Shown piece after piece: positions 56,520-56,876 of a stretch of DNA of 56,876 nucleotides. The translations under genes were made by a program, and so were the position numbers. Below the pieces are notes generated by a model, which had not been told where the DNA came from, ran no database searches, and saw only the letters and a list, made by a program, of their open reading frames with translations. The first letter of the stretch is position 1. Each line of letters starts with the position of its first letter. This DNA is from a virus (taxonomy: Duplodnaviria; Caudoviricetes), in IMG/VR virus record IMGVR_UViG_3300025890_002227, positions 1 through 56,876 of that record. One strand, given 5' to 3'.

Positions 56520-56645
56520 AATGTGTTAATATTATTTACTGCCTACAGATAAAAAAAGGCAGTAATTAGACTCTGTACTCCGAAAAGAATTTATAATTGG
56601 GTCTTTGGGTATATCGTCTAATACTGCCTAAAAGCATAATGCTTT

Positions 56646-56876
56646 TTATTTTTTCTGGTTTACAAAATCGTAAAATTTTTGTGCTGTTTCCATTATAGTA
56701 TCTATATTAGGAACAGAAGGCATTTCTACTTTTGTTACAATTTCGTCATGTTCCTTCTTAATGGAAGTCTCAAACTGACCCCATTTTGCATAATAGTCGT
56801 TTTGAACAAAGTCCTTAGCCATGCCAAGCAGTTCTGCTCTAATTTCATAACCATTTTTGTTTACTGTTACTTGTGG
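56646..56876 (-). CDS. Partial conserved phage protein (5' end outside window)
   Basis: ...NKNGYEIRAELLGMAK...P.I..I.ETAQKFYDFVNQKK; frame is open to the window edge. Confidence 0.7.
   Translation of the reverse strand, partial: PQVTVNKNGYEIRAELLGMAKDFVQNDYYAKWGQFETSIKKEHDEIVTKVEMPSVPNIDTIMETAQKFYDFVNQKK

Noticed and set aside
56327-56569. 80-aa plus-strand ORF
   Set aside because: It is the antisense reading of the tRNA-Ser and tRNA-Leu genes
1-56876. Alternative genetic code (stop-codon reassignment) as in some jumbo phages
   Set aside because: Conserved genes are full length in code 11, TAA, TAG and TGA all serve as stops, and no suppressor tRNA is present
1-56876. Bacterial chromosome or integrated prophage
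   Set aside because: Host-like genes are interleaved with virion genes under phage-type promoters; no integrase, att site or bacterial operon context is seen

Overview
AT-rich, densely coding fragment of a large lytic (jumbo/T4-like, myovirus-type) bacteriophage genome. Most genes lie on the minus strand, and the host is probably a Gram-negative proteobacterium (spanin pair, type IVa pilin, IHF-consensus sites, sigma70 promoters). It encodes baseplate and tail-fibre proteins, a holin plus spanins, and replication genes (RFC/gp44-like clamp loader, N-terminal DnaE fragment, dUTPase, DsbA-like protein, HNH nuclease). There is a proteostasis set (ClpA, peptide deformylase, DnaJ, GroES, HtrA), auxiliary metabolic genes (Leu/Phe/Val dehydrogenase, GMP reductase, DAO-family oxidase, PhoH) and four tRNAs (Leu-TAA, Ile-GAT, Ser-TGA, Leu-TAG). 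Many tailoring enzymes are also present (sulfotransferase-like, methyltransferases, 2OG-Fe oxygenases, radical SAM/SPASM). Most notable: (1) a phage TctC-TctA transporter embedded in a run of modifying enzymes, with a structured leader and a triple 13-bp palindromic repeat; (2) three IHF-consensus sites each exactly 14 bp upstream of a sigma70 -35 box; (3) pervasive leaderless architecture (TAAATA-N5-ATG and TATAAT-N6/7-ATG); (4) a pilin fused to an extra domain; (5) a DnaE that stops just before its catalytic motif. All calls come from motif recognition by eye; no database searches were run.
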